From assembly GCA_004431415.1 (NCBI GenBank), contig QPMI01000396.1:1-64000 (forward strand): a stretch of 64,000 bases of DNA. Direction: 5' to 3'. The position numbers and the translations under genes were made by a program. Source of the stretch: Cyanophora paradoxa CCMP329 (lineage: Eukaryota; Plantae; Glaucophyta). This document shows, piece after piece, positions 38,567 through 48,876 of this stretch. The stretch's first letter is position 1. Every line of letters begins with the position of its first letter. The notes under the pieces were generated by a model. That model was not told the DNA's origin. It saw nothing but the letters and a program-made list of their open reading frames with translations, and did no database searches.

Positions 38567-39346
38567 CTACTTTTGCTTCGGGAATACCTGGATTGCAGAC
38601 TCAAGGTGTTTAATGCTAGTTCTTAAAAAGCTGCTTGAACACCAAGCGTGTACCGAGCTCTTTCTCATGTCAGGACACCTACTTCCCGGTTGCTTCGTCG
38701 ACATCTCATCAATGGCCTCTGATAAAATTACCATTTCGATCGACACCTTCTGAAGTCTCATCAGGACGCCGGACAGCTTAGCAGAATCATCGTCCGACAG
38801 TGGCAAAATTGGGAACGTTGGCCTTGTCAGAACTGCAAGCAATACGGCCGTGTGAACCAGACGTACGCTAGCAGCAATATTAATGCCGATGTGCACGAGA
38901 TGCACTGCGTACTTACTTGAATCGTCGCTTGCGCTGTCGCTGTCAGTGCACTGCATATCGACATCCGACCCTGTTCGTGCCACCCTTTCAGTACACAGCG
39001 CGTTCGTTAGCAACCGATCGTACGTTCGGAATGCCAGATATGCACCTGTTGCATTCTGCCATTTCTCTGCCCAGTGGCACGACGGGCAATCGCTATAGTC
39101 ATCACCCCGGACACTCTGCGCGATCCCCATGCGCGTATGAGTCGGTAGACCGGTCCAACCTCGTGAAAACATGCTCGCGTACTTCCCGACCAGCGTCTGA
39201 TTGCGAATCGCCTGACGCTTCTGCAAAGTGAAGTGCATATGCAATGCGTTAGCCTGCTGCGGACTCTGCACGTCTACAGCGAGCGCTGGTCTGAATGCGT
39301 CACCTCGCCCATGTTCGATAGGTGCTATCCCGGCTTCGCTCTCCAT
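38567..39346 (-). CDS. Hypothetical protein (CxxC)
   Basis: 259-aa ORF divergent from the nucleotidyltransferase gene; no family recognised. Confidence 0.5.
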   Translation of the reverse strand: MESEAGIAPIEHGRGDAFRPALAVDVQSPQQANALHMHFTLQKRQAIRNQTLVGKYASMFSRGWTGLPTHTRMGIAQSVRGDDYSDCPSCHWAEKWQNATGAYLAFRTYDRLLTNALCTERVARTGSDVDMQCTDSDSASDDSSKYAVHLVHIGINIAASVRLVHTAVLLAVLTRPTFPILPLSDDDSAKLSGVLMRLQKVSIEMVILSEAIDEMSTKQPGSRCPDMRKSSVHAWCSSSFLRTSIKHLESAIQVFPKQK

Positions 39347-39467
39347 TAACGTGCAAACGGTAACCTTCCCGACGCGAGCATCTACCCCTGTGCTGTCGCT
39401 CCGTCAGCGTCACTTCCGATAATAGCTGTCATCAGTCTCTCTCCGTACATCCTGTTCCTAGGCGGCC

Positions 39468-40766
39468 ATGTACGACTTGTACGATATCACAGGCGCGATC
39501 GATCATCCCCGGCGCAAGCTAGCATCATACCTCGCTGCGCGCTTTAATCTGAGTGCCTTATACAAGCCCACCGCCACCGATCTATGTATCGCGCCCACCG
39601 AGGTTCGCACACACGCATGTTCTATCCTTTGTTTGCGCATCCGATCCGGTAAACACATGTTACTATAGCTACTCTCATGCGTGCTCCTACTCCCAGTTTT
39701 TACAGAGCGGTGATATGCTCGGAAGAGCCATTGACAATGGCTGCCGCGACCATGGGATCATCGGACCAGGATTGCCTGTGATGGACGGCTTTTATGCACA
39801 TCCTGCGGCTTTTGGGGAGCGTCTCCGCGACCACGCCTTAATTTCGTACCTTCCTCCTGACATACCAAGCTGCGTGTTCATATCAGGTCCGTCATTCGCC
39901 CATCGTTCCATACCTATGCATACAAACATACGCATCCTCTCTATGCGCACAGGTGGCCTCCCCTTCAAAGCCCTCACGTGCCCGCCGATTGCCTACCGAA
40001 TGGCATTGTACGCATGCATGCGAGAAAGCATGAGCGCGAACCGTTTGTCCTGAGAGTAGCTTGCAGGAACGATATCGACATCTACGTAAAAGCCTCAACC
40101 GTGGCAGAATTCACTCGCGTCGTCAACGCCTTCTATCAAGCTGCGGCGCGCGCATCCGCAGAACGAGTCGCGCCTTACCTACCAAAGAATAAAACCGTGG
40201 ATGTCTTCTGCGCACCTTTTGCCTACGGCATCCAGATCATGGCCCCAGGTGTCCTACCTCTGCAGGTGCCTGCTACATGCAGAATATTTCGAACGGTATC
40301 ATTTCGATTTTCAAATTCTGTTCCTCAGATCAGTGTCATGGGTTCGAATACTATTGAGCGTATAGTATCATCGTACGACCTCCCTGCATGTGCAATCTAC
40401 GTGCCAGGAGACGACCTTAGCCACCCGGTCGCAACGTTTGCAGCGTGTATGACCCTCATCACGCACACAATTCCCATCAACGTGGACTACCTGGGCCTTT
40501 TTCACCCCTTCTACTACGTTGAAAATGGCCACGTGTTAACCACGCATCATCCATACCACTGCGTGCCCCGGATTTTGAAATACGTGCAAGACACCGGAGC
40601 TGGAGTACGTACTCTCTCGCATTCAATCCATACTACTGCTGGCCTCCGCGATCGTGTTCGTGGGTCATCGCTTTCTGGCATCGAAGACGTTAACCCGCGA
40701 TCAAGATCCGAACTCGAGTGCATAATGCATCCTGCCTCCGCAGCTGGCGTCCTGCAACTACTATGA
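39468..40766 (+). CDS. Pol-beta-superfamily nucleotidyltransferase (CCA/poly(A)-polymerase-head-like, virus-type), multi-exon; 3' end uncertain
   Basis: Splicing gives VFISGGLPFKAL...LNDIDIYV (GG...DxD), later IVSSYDLPACAI and PRILKYVQDTG (FD...C and R..KY..G motifs). Confidence 0.65.
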
Positions 40767-40938
40767 CACTCAAATGTTGTGCGCAGGAATCTGAGGGCGC
40801 GTCACCTGGATTGGATTGGTTGCGAAGGGGACACCGGTCTGCTTCCCTCAGGAGTACACCCTGTGCGTTTCTATTTTATACGATCATCGTGGCCGGTATC
40901 GAGTTCACCCGCAAAGTTAATGTGTTTGCGGCCAGTTC

Positions 40939-41256
40939 ATGAAGAAATTTGCGAACGTGCATGTGTACGCTGCTGCCGGTTACACATGCGGAAGAGTTTA
41001 CGCCTGGTACGAGAGACTCCGACGTGACCTCATCAAGTTCTTCGCTATGCGGCAGCTCACACACAACGGTCTGCCGCTTCTCACACAAGAGATTTACGAT
41101 GCCTTCAACGCTGCATTCGACGCCTCGGTGGCAGCAAGGGAATCGGACCCCGACAGAGTACGTCGCTACGTATACTATTCCTTCCGAATTCCTGCGACCC
41201 CCTGCTACTACAGTTCTTTCACTCCCCCCCAACCCCCAAGTAACTACAGCATGTGA
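40939..41256 (+). CDS. Hypothetical protein/exon with an inverted paralogous copy at ~35500-35665
   Basis: KFANVHVYAAAGYTCGRVYAWYERLRRDL versus minus-strand KFTNVHVYAAAGHTCGRVYAWYDRLRRDL; several differences are synonymous in this frame. Confidence 0.5.
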   Translation: MKKFANVHVYAAAGYTCGRVYAWYERLRRDLIKFFAMRQLTHNGLPLLTQEIYDAFNAAFDASVAARESDPDRVRRYVYYSFRIPATPCYYSSFTPPQPPSNYSM

Positions 41257-41845
41257 TCTCTAAACCCTCCTTGCGGTGGTGATCGTACCCGTATTCTTCA
41301 TGTGCACATCTTCACGGGTGCAGTGTGGTGAACTCTGCATTCGACGCATCTGTTGCAGCAAGGGGATCGGACCCCGGCATAGTTAAGCTTACTATACTGT
41401 AGTCCAGGCCTAGTCAGCTAGCATAGTACGGAGCATGTGAGGAGGGATCGAGGCAGTGTGAGTGGATGATATTGGAATGGAAGTCAAGTGCAGCAAGCTG
41501 AGGGTAGCCAGTGCCAATGTGCGCATTCAATAAAGGCAGGCAAAACTAAGTAGTCGAGCGCAAGATAGAAGGTGTCAGAGATAGGAAACAGAAATCGATG
41601 CGAAACGAACCCCGACAACTGACTGCCATACAACGTATATGGAGTACGGCGCGCGTCCTTGCCCTAATTCTGACCGACATCGTCGTACATTCCGTGGTAC
41701 ATATCATCATGCAGCGGCCATCCATCTGGGTCCACATCGGGTCGATGTACGACGTGCTTGGCGACCGTCCCATTCCACTTCATATAGATTTCGGCCCACC
41801 GGCGATCGGGGTCCCAACTGCCAGCACAATCGAAGGCATTTACTA

Positions 41846-42355
41846 TCAAGTCGTACTCTGCGGTGGGGATGGGTTTAATAGTTGATCATCATCCAAGATT
41901 ACATGTGTACAGGCACCTCCATTACAGTCCGTAAGCTGAACGGACGCAATCACATCGTACGCAGAAGTAAACTCGTTGTTACTCACGCGCACCGCTGCAG
42001 GCCCAGGTGGTACTGCTATGATGGCGCCTGTGCCGGGATTCTTGATTATAAAAACGTCGGGGGTCATTTGGCTCATGGCCTCCAGTACGATGATGGAACC
42101 GGGGCCGCTGACTCGCACTGATTGAGATATATCGCGGTAAGAAGCTAAATCGAGATTCGGTCTCGCGTAAGAAGCAGCTAGCACTATATCGGATGTGGGC
42201 GACGTATCTGCGATGGCGCAAATCGCAGCATGCACTTGCGTCAGCAGCGAACGGAGCAAGCGCACGGAGAACATACCTCTCGATCGCTTCTTGGAACCGG
42301 AATCGAGGATGGGACGCAAAGTATTCGTCAACGACATGTCTAGCCGTCTCTGCAA
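41846..42355 (-). CDS. Hypothetical protein (probably spliced)
   Basis: 169-aa ORF with no recognised motif. Confidence 0.3.
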   Translation of the reverse strand: MQRRLDMSLTNTLRPILDSGSKKRSRGMFSVRLLRSLLTQVHAAICAIADTSPTSDIVLAASYARPNLDLASYRDISQSVRVSGPGSIIVLEAMSQMTPDVFIIKNPGTGAIIAVPPGPAAVRVSNNEFTSAYDVIASVQLTDCNGGACTHVILDDDQLLNPSPPQSTT

Positions 42356-43725
42356 GAATCAAGTCCGGCAATTAGGGGTACAGCCTGCATTCCCGGCGCC
42401 GTGAACGACAGCCCGTGCGCTACACGCGCAACTCGTCGCATCGTTCTTAGCGCGCTCATTCGCCTGCGCAATCTCCAGCTAGGCCAACCCACCGCTAAGC
42501 GCGAAGCAACGCGGCGCGCTCCTTCGCCAACGCCAGCGCCATCAAGGCGAACACAAGCGCTAGAAGCGCCGCTCGTCGTACCTTCGAAGCGCGCTCAGTC
42601 GCAGGGTGGCTGATACCCCGGCTCGAAGTAAGCATGCTCAGACCCGATCCGCGCCTGCCGTCTAAACACAGACGACTTTTAACTTATATGTTTCAACAGG
42701 TTCCGATTACTTGATCATGGCGAAAACAAAAGCGTGCCATGGGATCTCACCTGGGATGTTCAGAGGAACGATGCAGAGGATCGAGCAGCCACATGATTAT
42801 AGAGGACCGATCCGTAACTATAGTCACTTCTCCGACGTCACTACTCTTATGAGAAACACACCGCATGTTGATCGCATCCAAATCGTTGAAGATGGAACGG
42901 TTCTGCAACGATTTCTGCAGATCGAGCCTATCCACATCTTCAGGCCATGGCAAGCCGGGCGTGACTTCGGTATTACCCTTACGTAAACCTCTACTTCTTC
43001 ACGTCTCACCACCAGACGCCTGCCAGCTATCTCTCGGGCACTCGATACGAAACTCCGCCTGCATCTGTCCTGTCCCTACACATCAGAACGTATCAGAGTG
43101 CCAGTTCAGTCAGTGTACTGCGTTCACCCGCACGTACGTGGTCGCATTCCCTTCATAAATTCCACATTATTCTTATCCCTGCGCAGTGTTTCGATTTCAA
43201 CGAGCACTTGATATTCTCCCTTCATAATGAAGATTGGTCAGCTATTCGTCCTGCACTCATGGTCATGATCAAAGTTAAATCCTTTCCATAGGGAATGCCC
43301 ATTCCAATTCTGCCAAAGACAAGCAGGTCTCCACAATCTCATCATTGACGAGTTCTTCAAGTCCATCCTTGACGGGGTCTGTGCCCGATTTACCTTTACA
43401 TCTCATAATTACTGATACCCTCATTCCAGACAACGCCTGCAGATCTCGCTGTCGAAATAGACAACACAGGAAGATGGCTGCCATGCGCTTCCGACAATAT
43501 ACCCGACTAGATCAAAATCTCCAAGCAAGGCTAGGCCGCGCACCCCCCATCAGTGCATCACCCCGCCCCGCCCTTCTCTGCCACATCCAACCCCGCCCCC
43601 GCCAGGGCGTCGCGAGTCGACCGCTGCGCCCCGGGCGGCTTACTATATTCTAGTCCATGTCCTAGCTAAAGAGCATCGTACCACGGACTGAAAGCAACGT
43701 GGCCCCCTAATCGATAGACCTATAG

Positions 43726-44079
43726 CTAGTAGTCTTCAGTCGAATCATAGCCACAAACATGGTCATCGTAGCAGTCTGTTTCGGTGCAGCATAGACGATT
43801 GCAGATTTCGCCGCGGGCCTTGCCGTATGCAAGGTGCTCTCCTGGCGCTGCTGGTGGTGCATGTCTCTCATTCTTGGCGCGAGGATCGCCGTATTGACGA
43901 TCAAGAGGGTTTCGCTTCAGAATCCGCCGACAGCGTATAACTGTGTGATTGGGGCAGAGGGTTGTGACATAGAAGTAATCAAGCGCGCCCATGCGGACAT
44001 GAGCCCATGTGCGATCGGTACAGACATCGCATTTTATCATCTCGCTGCTATGTTCCTCACAGTAGATGCTGCATAACAA
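43726..44079 (-). CDS. Degenerate PHD-finger-like exon
   Basis: IYCEEHSSEMIKCDVCTDRTWAH matches the PHD C..MIxCDxC..WxH pattern, but the Cys after His is not in register. Confidence 0.35.
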   Translation of the reverse strand: MLCSIYCEEHSSEMIKCDVCTDRTWAHVRMGALDYFYVTTLCPNHTVIRCRRILKRNPLDRQYGDPRAKNERHAPPAAPGEHLAYGKARGEICNRLCCTETDCYDDHVCGYDSTEDY

Positions 44080-44624
44080 GGGCGTTGGCTCCAGTCAGAT
44101 ATGTTGGTTTTGTGCGTAGGGTTGACCACTTAAACATCATATATATCCCTCGCGAACCTGCTACAGTTATCCGATGAGCACCGGTATACCGTATGCTGAC
44201 GACCGCCAGTACTGGCCATGGAGGGAGCGTGAAAGTCGTCATTGCAGAAAAGAACAGGACAGCCAGTGACGGATGAACACCGAGCAAGCCGGCACGTTCG
44301 TGCTGGTTCGAGCGGGCATGGGCCGTGCATACCGTCGATGGCAGGGCACGCGTACGGTCCGTGCGCACGCGCGTCGGCAATCTCATCCCCGGAACACGCT
44401 GCAGTCGAAGTAGGAGGTGGATCGGCTTCAGCTGCCGGCGCCATTACGCTGTCTGGGCCCAGGCCTCAGTCTGACGTAGAGTCTCTGGCATCAAACCCGA
44501 ACGGCGGCTTTTTTCCCAATATGCGTACGCGAACTCGGAGAGTTAGTCGACGATCGAGAACTAAAGTTAGTCCCAAATTTGAAATTTTGCGTTGAGTACG
44601 TACTCTAAACCATACCGAAGTGCA

Positions 44625-47059
44625 ATGGCACGTCAATCAAAGGCAGCTGCTGCTGCAGCCACGGCTGAGAAGAAGGACAACGTGCTCGAGCCGAAGAAGG
44701 CTGACGTGGCCGCGTCACTGGCGAAATCTGATGCCACTGCTGCTGCCGGGAAGGACCCGCTCCCTGTCGCCGTTGACGAGGCTTCGCCGGTGATCCCTAC
44801 GCCGGTGGATGCGACGTGGACGACGCGGCACGCGCTGCCTGGGTGCGCTTGGAGTTAATCAATGTTCGGTCCGGCATGGTGCGGATTTAAGCTGACGATC
44901 GGCGCGATAGCAGGCTGAACGACGGCATGCCACGGGAAGGGGCAGCTGCAACTATCACGGCGGCAGTGGCATCGTCTCGCCCGTTGCCTGGCGCGTCCGG
45001 ATCCATTTGCAATGCTGGGCAAGTGTACGTATTCTACGATCGCGTAATATTGGCTGTGACTAATACGACGTTATTCGTCCCTGCGTAGATCGGCTGCCGT
45101 GCCGGTCGCCACTAATTCGGCAAGTGCCACGGCTAATGGGATTGTGATGCTATCGTACGTGCTTTTATAATCAATAGCATTTGTGCACGACGAGCGTCAC
45201 AACCCTAATATATTTCCAGGCCCGCAAAGAAGGTTACTGTGGCGCGCACGTTCATGGATTTGAAGGATGGGAGGGATTTTAACGGTGTCGTGCGGATTGC
45301 GAACATGCACACCATAAGTGGAAGGAACGGAGGTGACACCATCCGCGGTACTCTGGAGGATGAGGTGCGCAACCCCGTTGTAGCTGGGTAACATCATGTG
45401 TAATGTCAATGTGGCGATTTTATATAAGCTTTCTGCTCATCGACGTACGCAATGCAGGTCGGCGATAAGGTGCCGCTCCGTATCTTCACAGGGGCGATGC
45501 TAACAAGTGCGGGAAAAAATGCCATCAAGGGAGACATGCTAATCGATCAAGTGAACAATATAACCGAACACTTGAACGCAAGCTGCAACTCAGAAAATAT
45601 GGTATACTCTCCCATTTACGTATACTTCCATTATCCGTATCAGTATGCTGACATGGAATATATCGATCAGTACTTAATCATGAAATCATCAAACAAAGCA
45701 CGCTACTTGGTGAAAGGGACTGCGACCGAGAAACTGGCTTGGCCATTGACGCGAGACCGCACACTGCTGAAGGAGATCCAGATTAATTCTGGTAATGTCG
45801 GTCTAATCAACTTCGAATCAGTGAATGAGGAGGTCTGTCACTCATGTTTTACCTATATTCATATCGCGCGTATTCATTACCTGCTCACTTTTGCTGCCGT
45901 ACGTTAGGATCCTCGTCTCATCGAGCTTCCTCACAAACTCGCGAATATGGATCGCGCATCATTTGTCATGATGCGCTACGACATCGTTTCCGACTTCAGG
46001 GGAGCAGCAGTTGACTATATGAATGTCAACAAACTGTGCGACTCGAACAGGTTCAGCGAATGTGCGTGCTACTATAGATAACTGGGATGATACCACGTTT
46101 TTCGTCGCGCTCGTACCGTGTTTTATCGCTTCATCAGATAACATTGGATGCATCATCAAGGAGGAAGAGGACGGATACGTGTGCATGGACAAGCTCGGGT
46201 GTAAGGTGCCAGCTCGGTTTGGACTTGGCGCAAAGTTCGAGTCCCTCGGGGAGCTGTTCGACACCTACAGCATCGACGGGGTCGCGGACATCGTCGTTTC
46301 ATTCGCGGAGGTTCGGACGTCTATACTGTAGTTAAACATGGTAAACGAATGCAAGGCGTAATTCACACGCATTCAAACGTAGTTCAAATTCGAGCGACCA
46401 TCAGGCACCCCGACGGAACTGTGGTTTGGCTTCTTTTCTGAAGTAATGGGACTTGCGGAATTCGAGGAGAAAAAGAAGACCCTGCCGGTAGGGTTCGTCT
46501 CGAAGGCAATTAAAATTCCGGATGCGAGTGCTCGCTTGCATGCATCTGTCCCGTTTGGTAATGGGTCGAACCGAGTTGGTGCGGAAGTTCAGCCTATCGG
46601 TTTTAACCTGTGTAACCCTTTCATGCAGCGCTCTTCGCCGGCGGTACCGGCCCGACAGGGAGCACCCCGAATTTGTCGGGTACGACCGGGATCCCTGTCA
46701 AGGTTGGAAATGGTGGATCAGCGATCGCTCTGAATGGAATCTCAAGCTCGCCGATGGCAATGGCAGCAATGAACATGCCGATGCAGCTGCGCCTGAGCCT
46801 GAAGGACAATCCGTTCGCGGTGTCTCGCGATCGCACTGGAAGTGAGGCTTCTTTTCCTAATGGGCTCGTTGAGCGCGAGGTATATGACTTTCCGTACATT
46901 GCATATGCCACGTTCCAGCTAATCTCGTAGCAGGCAACTATCGCAAAGCGGAAGAAGGGAGGCAAGGACGAAGCCAAAACTTCAAAGAAACAGAAGAACG
47001 TGAGCGTGGAGTCGGAGTCAGATGCGGAGGTGGACGACGAGGAGGAGGAAGAAAATTGA
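44625..47059 (+). CDS. Putative tandem OB-fold ssDNA-binding (RPA/SSB-like) protein, paralog B, multi-exon
   Basis: DLKDGRDFNGVVRIANMHTISGRNGGDTIRGTLEDEVGDKVPLRIF (OB-fold L.D..G motif); GCIIKEEEDGYVCMDKLGCKVPARFG; tail KRKKGG...EVDDEEEEEN*. Confidence 0.75.
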
Positions 47060-47540
47060 ACGGACCGACTCATGGCTCTGCATCTAATTCATAGATTCCA
47101 TATATTCATTCATAGTTTGAACATTTGTCATGTATAGCACAATGGCGGGAGGGTAGTAACCGGGTAGCATTATATATATATAGGTTTTCGTAGGTCATTT
47201 CGCTTCGCATACGAGATAAAGAGTGTAAATCAATTTCTTATAAAGTATCACGCAACGATGGCATACGAATCAACCGCACCGGGGCGCGGTTGGCTAGGTT
47301 GGGAAGCTGGGCGACCGCGGGCCGGGGCGCTGTAGCTCCGAGGGCGTGCTCCTGGTAGCGGACGCTAGATGGCAGGGCCAAAGCGCTGGAAGAGGGCCCG
47401 GAATGCGTCGGTAACATATTCTCACGTGCTGCATCCCTACGAAGCATGATGCACGCGACGTACACTGCGAGCACCCCTACGCTTGGTGCGCGCTTTCGAT
47501 TGCGTACCCGGCCAGTCCGTGCATCTGATCCGCGTCAACT

Positions 47541-48100
47541 ATGGCGCGTGTGAAGGTGACGCCGAAGAAATCCGATCAACGGATGGCCTCCAAGGCCGCC
47601 ACCGGGTCCCGCGGTCCGCGCAGGGCCAAGACGGGAACGAAGAGTGTCATTCCGGGAAGGAAACCTCACCGTTATCGTCCAGGTGCGAATGCTATCGCCC
47701 CATATCGTACCTCGCGGTGCGTGGATGATTACCACGTCAGCCCGAACCCGCAGGCACCGTCGCGCTTCGTGAAATCCGCAAATACCAGAAGACGACAGAT
47801 CTCCTCCTTCGCAAGCTGCCGTTCCAGCGGCTGGTGCGCGAGATCGCACAGAACTACGGCATGCCGGACAAGCGCTTCCAATCCTCCAGCGTCCTTGCGC
47901 TACAGGAAGCCAGCGAGGCGTACCTTATCGGCCTTTTCCAGGACGCAAATCTATGCGCTATCCACGCAAAGAGGTGCATTGCGACCTACTGATCATGAAT
48001 ACAACTACACTGCTTACATCTTACAGGCCCGACGCGCAGGGTGACGCTCATGCCAAAGGATATGCAACTCGCCCGTCGCATCCGAGGCGAGCGCACATAA
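47541..48100 (+). CDS. H3: Divergent histone H3 variant, 140 aa (introns 47683-47753 and 47974-48039)
   Basis: [100 protein letters not shown]; the spliced CDS is 423 nt. Confidence 0.97.
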
Positions 48101-48876
48101 ATCGTACGATTTCCAGGACGTGAGGTGTGCTCCGACAACTCCGGTGTAATCCAATTCAGGATACAGTATGTTTAACGCTTCACGAGATTATGTTGCACGT
48201 ACACTCAATGCAACGGATTGAAAACCGTAATAAAGCCCGTTGAGTAACGCGACGGACCAACCATCGGACGTGCACTAATTCAGCGGCACGTTATCGAATA
48301 CAGATGCACATGCTACTTGCATACTGCAGTGACTCGCTCATGTTGCACAGTCTTCCACTACTCTGGGTAATGCCTGGAGACGGGGGGCTGGTCCAGTTGG
48401 AAGCCAGCGCCGGGTTGCTTGCGGGGGGGGCATGGCCGGGAGCGACGGAGTACGGGGCACTACGGGGCGGCAAGGACGATGCGCTGCGGCGGGCCGGTGC
48501 ATGGGGGCGGATCGCGCGGGGCGGAGGGCGATGGGCTGCCTCCACATCTCTCGGCTGACGTGCGCAAGATTGTGCTCACCCCGGTCGCCATCGCCCTTGC
48601 ATGACCGACTCATCATATCGCTGACGGATGACGTTTGCCACGTTCTCGTCCGCGCTCCTGTAACGACATCGGAATCAAGATTTTATAGTATGGCGAAGTG
48701 TAGAGACGTGTTGACAAATTAAAGGGAGAGGGGGGCGACGGTACATGAGGAGGGGGGGGAGGGCGGTAGGGGGGGAGGGGGGTATGGAGCTTACCGCCGA
48801 ATGGCCTCCTCCGCGAGTACGGCCACCTGCATTGCAAGAGTCAGCCGTCATACTGAAAACGTCATTATCGGTAGTC

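Noticed and set aside
47541-48100. Firm CenH3 call
   Set aside because: Q68 and F84 are retained and the fold is close to canonical H3; only some CenH3 hallmarks are present.
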